DNA from: the human T2T-CHM13v2.0 reference genome, Homo sapiens
NCBI RefSeq assembly: GCF_009914755.1
Contig: NC_060930.1
Direction: 5' to 3' (one strand)
Length of the DNA stretch: 64,000 nt
The notes beneath the pieces were generated by a model that searched no databases, was not told the origin of the DNA, and saw only the letters and a program-made list of their open reading frames with translations. The translations under genes were made by a program, and so were the position numbers. Below, in pieces: positions 32,510-64,000 of the stretch (its first letter is position 1; each line of letters starts with the position of its first letter).

Positions 32510-34091
32510 TTAGGGATGGGAAGGGAGATGACGAAGTCTTTTGCGAAGGAAACATAAAGCCGAGGCAAGGGGCTTTGTTGCAGGGAGGGGTCTGTTCCTG
32601 TAGCTTGGTCAGCTTTGTGCTTCCACTTATGTTTCCTATTGGGGCCCCTTCCTGTGCCCTTTGTCCTCGTCTCACTGACAGGTTGCCTTGGAGATGGGGC
32701 AGAGGGGTGGGATTATCATGGCCCGATCCTGAAGTATGTGTATAGGGGGTGGGGTAGGGGTGTTGTTAGCTGGTCCTGTCATGGGGATAAAGAAAGATCA
32801 GACAGAATAGTGGGAGTAGAGTCCTTGGGGACACCTAAATAAATAAGCAGGGAGGACATAGGAGGAGCAGCTCTCTCTCCAGTAACCTTGATTTCTATTA
32901 AACCTTTATGACCTGCTGAAAAAATAAACCCAGAATTCCAGCCTCCATATCCTGAATTTCTCTCCTGTCCAACCATCCCTTCTCTATCCTCCTCATCACC
33001 CTCTGTCCAACAAAAGACCTACAGTTCCAGAAAACCATGGTGGAGTGCAAGAACACAGAACTAAAACAGAGCTTGAAACTTAAAGAAAGGGAGAGACTTG
33101 GGGGAGGAGTGGGGTGGAGTGACGTGATGTGCTGCTGGAAACCAGCAGTTGGTGGTTTCCTCTTGTGCTTCCTCTTCTGTGGGTTTTCTCCTGCTTGTGG
33201 GAGGGCCTTTTTCTCTCCTCCCGACAGAAAGGCTATCTTTGGTGTTCGTTCCCTTGAACTGTAACATCCTGTAAGGGTATGATTCCATGCCTCTGTGTGG
33301 GTGTGAATTCCCTCATGGTGACCCTCAAAATCTGCACACAGGACCCCTTCCCATTGAGGGGAGGGGATCAAAACAACTCTACTTCTCAGGGTCCTCTCCT
33401 GTTCCAACTGGTCTGTGTCCAAGAGAAGCCTTAGGTAAATGGGGCCAGCTTGAAGATCAAACAGGTTTGGCAGCCTCTCCCGGCCTCTCTTTTCTCTCCT
33501 ACAGCTTTATAGCTACAGCTGCCTTGATATCAATATTGACTTTGGCTGGCTGGCATGACTACCCACAGGGTATCGTGCCTTAATTTACCAGGTGACAGGC
33601 AACGCTGCCCTCTCCTGGAACCATCCAGCAGAGCCAGGGCTGTACCCCCAAATCCTGCAACAGAGGTTTCCCTCCATCTCACCTCCCTGTCCCTGCATTT
33701 CTCCTATCTCAGTAGCTCCTCTTTCCCTCTCTGGGCTTCTCTTTCCACTCCCTCCCCTTCCTGGGCTTGGTAAACTAGTCCCTAATCTCTTCACACCCCA
33801 GATTGGAAGGTGGGTCCCTCCCTGACACTCCCCAGAGCTGTCACCAACCTCCTCCAAGTTTCTATAGCTCCATTGCTCAACAGATTTGCCAGGGGTAACC
33901 ATTAACCCAGCCCTTAACTCTGTTCCCCCACCTTTCTTGCTGGAGGGGATTTTCCAATTACTGGTTAGCACAGCTAGGTCATCTCACCCCCACCATCTTT
34001 CCTAACTTCTTGGGTTGGGGGGCTGGGGAGGAATCTCCCCATCTCAGGGTACTAGGAACAAAGCTGGGGAGGATGGTGCATTTAAAGGGAT

Positions 34092-34174
34092 TATATATAT
34101 ATATATATTTTTTTTTTTTCTTTCTCCCTCATAACCCCACCCCCGCAACACACACACACACACACACACACACA
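34092..34174. repeat. Compound (TA)n/poly-T and (CA)n microsatellites
   Basis: TATATA.. then T run; CA run at about 34148-34174. Confidence 0.9.
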
Positions 34175-34689
34175 GACGCACAAATAAGCTTTATGGAGCA
34201 GTGACTTCATTATGTTCACCGCTTTGAGTCCAACCCCTGGCCCAAAATAGGCACTAAATAGTTGCCGAATGCATGAATGATAGATACCTCTCTGTCTTCA
34301 GGGGTGTGTAGAAGTGCGAAGGGGTATGGGCATGTCCCAGTAGGGGTGTGAGTGTTCTGATCAGAACTACTTCTCTCTGCCAGAATTTGATGTAATTCGA
34401 ATGCTTCCACCTCTGCTTGAAGGGTTTAAATAATAAATTAGGCCCTGTCGTGCCATTATGGGGGTGGTCATACCCTGTACCCAGGAAACAGGCACGGTAG
34501 GGCTGAGACAGAAGTCCTGCTTGTTTCCGCTTATTTATTTGAAACACCGCTCATTTAGGTCTTACTTTGTTTGCCAGGCACTGTTCTAAGCTCTGTATAA
34601 ATATTAACTCAGAGGGTACAAATATTAACTTAAGAGTTGTTGCAGGAAAAAAAATAAGCGCCTCTGGCTCTTTAAGTTTGGCCTCCCCC

Positions 34690-57578
<22,889 letters not shown>

Positions 57579-57701
57579 GAGTCCTTCCAGTGTCCTCCCC
57601 AGCCTCCTGAGACTCCGGTGGGCTGCCATGCCCTCTTTGTTTCCTTATCTCCCTCAGACGCAGAGTTTTTAGTTTCTCTAGAAATTTTGTTTCATATTAG
57701 G

Positions 57702-57707
57702 AATAAA
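57702..57707 (+). terminator. MSH5 poly(A) signal (AATAAA)
   Basis: Hexamer 124 nt after the stop codon, with a GU-rich stretch downstream. Confidence 0.8.
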
Positions 57708-58008
57708 GTTTATTTTGAAGAAAGATATTGTTTCTTTAGTCTCAAAACAAGAGACTAGGAAAGATCCAAAACACAGAGCAGGAGTCCACAGGGGAACCTG
57801 CCCTGCCTCAGTAAAAATACAGTGTTGTTGCTGTAGGAAGACTCCCGGATTCTACCCCAGGATACTTCATGAGAACGAACCCCTTCAGAGAGGCCCTACA
57901 AAACAGATTAGAGGGAAGACAGAGGGGTCCAAGGGAGATGGTCTCTCTTCTCAAGTAGGAACACCCCAGCCTCAGACAGACACAGCAGGAAGGGGCCTGA
58001 GAGGCTGA

Positions 58009-59578
<1,570 letters not shown>

Positions 59579-59855
59579 ACCCTCCTCTCACTCCCCTAAG
59601 CCTGGTGAAAGAGTCAGAAGCCCCAGGCTCCTTTTTCTGTTTCTTAACTCAACAGCTAAAAAATGGCTCCAGGTAGTGAGTCAATGAAGTTCAGACATGT
59701 TGGTGTAAAGTTTCTCCTCTGCTCCTGAAAACTTCATCTTCTTGGTGTCTCATGTCCTCATTCTCCCCTATATGACATGCAAAAACGATCTTTCTTTGAA
59801 ATCCCTCTGGGAAGAAGCATGTTTATTGAAACTGTCCTTCAGCCTTAAATACAAA

Positions 59856-59861
59856 AATAAA
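59856..59861 (+). terminator. SAPCD1 poly(A) signal (AATAAA)
   Basis: Hexamer about 280 nt after the stop codon, with GU-rich sequence downstream. Confidence 0.7.
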
Positions 59862-59979
59862 ACTGAAACTGCTCCAGAAAGCAGCTTTCTCCAAAAATGT
59901 CTTTGGTTTGTTTCTCATAGGGTTAGGAAAAGTGCATTGTGGGAATATCCATTGCCCTCTATCCCAGTCTTGCAGGGTG

Positions 59980-60510
<531 letters not shown>

Positions 60511-60640
60511 GAGAAAACCTTCATCCCAGCTAGGAGAGGTAAGGTCCTAAGACCTATGTGACAAATGTGTCCCAGGTCTTCTTACCAATGGGGCAGGTTG
60601 AAAATAGTGCTGGAGACCCATCCCTTTAGAGCCCGTTGTG

Positions 60641-62801
60641 TCACCAGGAGGCCAGGCCTAGCAGAAGCAGCACCCCTCCAACTGTGCCCCACCAGGGGCT
60701 GCCCGCAGCCAGCCCTGCCCCAGCCCTGCCTTGAGTCACCAATGTGAAGGGGGAAAAGGCAGGGGTGGCCGTGGTGAGGATCGGGTCAGATGAGCCGGTA
60801 GGGGTGGTGTGCCGGTCCTGTGGGGAAAAGGAAGAGAATGACAGGGTGTGCTAGAGCTGTACTCAAATTAAACCTACACCACCCTCCCCGGCCTTGCCCA
60901 CCCTGTGATGGAAAGTAGTGGTTCCTCACCTGCGGGGCTGGGGCCGATACCAGGAGCCGGAGGAAAGCATGAGTCGGGGGTACTGGGTTGGCTTCTCGTC
61001 CCCCTGCAGTCACAGTCACCATCACCACGGAATCCGGGGCCGCTGAATCTGGGACCTCCAGCCACAGGCGGCCCCAGGCCGACTCATTCAGTTCCAGGTG
61101 AGCCCTGGAGAGAGGATATAGGCGTCGCTAAAGCTCCAGGCTGCCCAGAGCCTAGAGTCGGGACGCCTGCAGGGGCACGGGAGCGGAGAGGAGGATTCTG
61201 AGGGCCAGTCGGAGGGGGACAGGGGCAGGGCTTGGGATAAGCATTGGCCGGGCAAGATGCCAGAGGGAGCTGGAGGGTTCATGAGCCTCACCTGGAGAGG
61301 TTGGAGGTGAGGGAGAAGCTGGGGTTGACGAAAGTCCTAAGGTCAAGATCCTGAGGGCCCGAGAAGCTGGCGATGCGGAGACTGAGCGGGACTTTGCTGC
61401 CCGGGGCCAAGAAACCCGAGGGGCCACTAAGCTGCAGAGAAGGGTTCTTCAGGGAAGGGGCCGCTCTAACTCTCTCCAGCCCCAGCCGCACTTTCCCCTG
61501 GCGTCTCACCTCCAGAAGGACAGGGACTACAGTGCTAGGCTGAGGGGCAGCCCTGTGCAGGCGCCGCCCCGCTGCGTCCTGGCCAATCAGCTCCAGGGAG
61601 AAGGGTCTAGGGGTGGACAGCAGCGTGGGCGACAGCGAGGCTGCGAGGAGACCTCGCTCCGGAGGTCCCACGGGCTCCAAGGGCACCTGGCCTAGTTCGG
61701 CACCCTCTGGGACCCCTCGAAGGATGACGTGGGAGAAATGCGGCTGAGGATCCCCAGGATTGGCTCTGGAACCCAACCCTGTCACTTCTACCAGCAGCTG
61801 GGTCTGAAGACCTGGGACAGGGGCGAGGAGGGGAGAACATTGTGAGATTCGGAGACACAGGGAGAAAAGAATTAATGGCCTTCAAAATAGGGGTTCCCTC
61901 TGGGGAGTATGGATGGGAAAATAGGTTACCTTCGAGGGGTATTGATGGGGAGCATCAGGAGGGAGTTCTGGGGTGCTGGAAATGTTCTATATCCTGAACT
62001 GGGTGTATTATATGAAATCCATCAAACTGTACACTTTAGTGCACATTATGTAAATTATAACTCAATATAAAAGTTATGCATATGCACAGATGTATGTATA
62101 CATATATACATTATATATATAATATATATATTATATATTATATATTTTATATATATATATAAAACTGGGGGTTAGGTGGGTGGGGGCTCAGGGAATAAAT
62201 GTACCTGCAACTGGCTGAGTCAGGGGGTAGAGGCCAGGGTGGGGTCCATCCTCCATGGGGATCCCAAAGTGGAAGAGGAAGTCCAGGGAGGTCTGGGCTG
62301 GGAAAGGGCAAAGGCAGTCAGAGCCCTTCCTGAAAGGAATGTGACTGATCGTGTTCTCTGAGGCCTGCAGTCTCTGCTTCCCCTTCCCAGGAACACCTCC
62401 CTCCTTACCTTGCACTCTCACCCCAGGGGTGTCCTCAGCTGTGACCTGGATCTCCCAGGTTCCTGTCTGTGGAGGGTCATCCATGGTCACCATCCAGAAC
62501 TGCCCAAAGCGGCGAGTGTGACCTAGAGGACCCCCGCCTTCCTCCTGGCCCTGGGAGACCCCTGGGGTCAGGGAAGAGATTGTCACATGAAGCACTTGCT
62601 CTCCTTGAGTACATCCCCTCGATTGTCTATTCCCCGGTCCCCTCTCTTCCCTCTACCTTCAGAGGTACCTGCAGGGTTCTTGATCCAGAAGCTGCTGATG
62701 TCTCCGTGGATCCGGACTGTGATCTTCTGGAGCAGCCCATCCACGCTGAACACAAGTGGCTGCCCAGGCACCACAACAGGAGGGTCCAGGGGAAGAGTCA
62801 C
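60641..62801 (-). CDS. VWA7: von Willebrand factor A domain containing 7 (G7c), 3' part only; 5' exons lie beyond the window end
   Basis: Exons 62801-62669, 62561-62409, 62297-62205, 61811-61510, 61431-61292, 61104-60930, 60817-60641 join in frame and end ..[17 protein letters not shown]. Position downstream of SAPCD1 matches the known gene order. Confidence 0.92.
61915..62075 (+). mobile_element. Old L1 3'-end fragment in VWA7 intron
   Basis: TTCTGGGGTGCTGGAAATGTTCTATATC..CATCAAACTGTACACTT typical of L1M 3' UTR. Confidence 0.7.
62095..62161. repeat. Degenerate (TA)n
   Basis: AT-only dinucleotide tract after the L1 fragment. Confidence 0.9.
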
Positions 62802-62897
62802 CTTGAGGGATTGGCAGGACCAGAAAATGGGGAAGAAGATGAGGTATGGGATGAGGAACAAAGAAGAAAGGGGAGATAGAAAGAAACCACGTCATTG

Positions 62898-63907
<1,010 letters not shown>

Positions 63908-64000
63908 CTAGTCATGGATCTAAGAGGAAGAGAAACTTCCTTTCCTGCCCCGTGACTGGAAGAACAACACAGCAGTGAGAGTGATTCCCCTTTCTCCTAT

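Overview
Human (primate) genomic DNA from the MHC class III region (6p21.33), recognised from the spliced protein sequences. Gene order: LY6G6F(+), LY6G6E pseudogene(-), LY6G6D(+), LY6G6C(-), MPIG6B/G6b(+), DDAH2(-), CLIC1(-), MSH5(+), SAPCD1(+) and the last 7 coding exons of VWA7(-). All exons were traced by hand via GT-AG boundaries, and the spliced ORFs close in frame (297, 133, 125, 241, 285, 241, 834 and 178 aa). The window is very Alu-rich and also holds L1/L2/MIR fragments, a MaLR solo LTR, a U6 retropseudogene and several microsatellites. This is a well-studied locus and I found no convincing new biological system. The best leads are: LY6G6E is intact except for one in-frame TGA; VWA7 ends in a GPI-type signal; the CLIC1/MSH5 promoter carries a compact X-box/MYB/CDE-CHR/E2F motif cluster; convergent gene pairs have back-to-back or overlapping poly(A) hexamers; and there is a speculative decayed Ly6-like terminal exon near 17.4 kb. 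Repeat boundaries and subfamily names are by eye and approximate.
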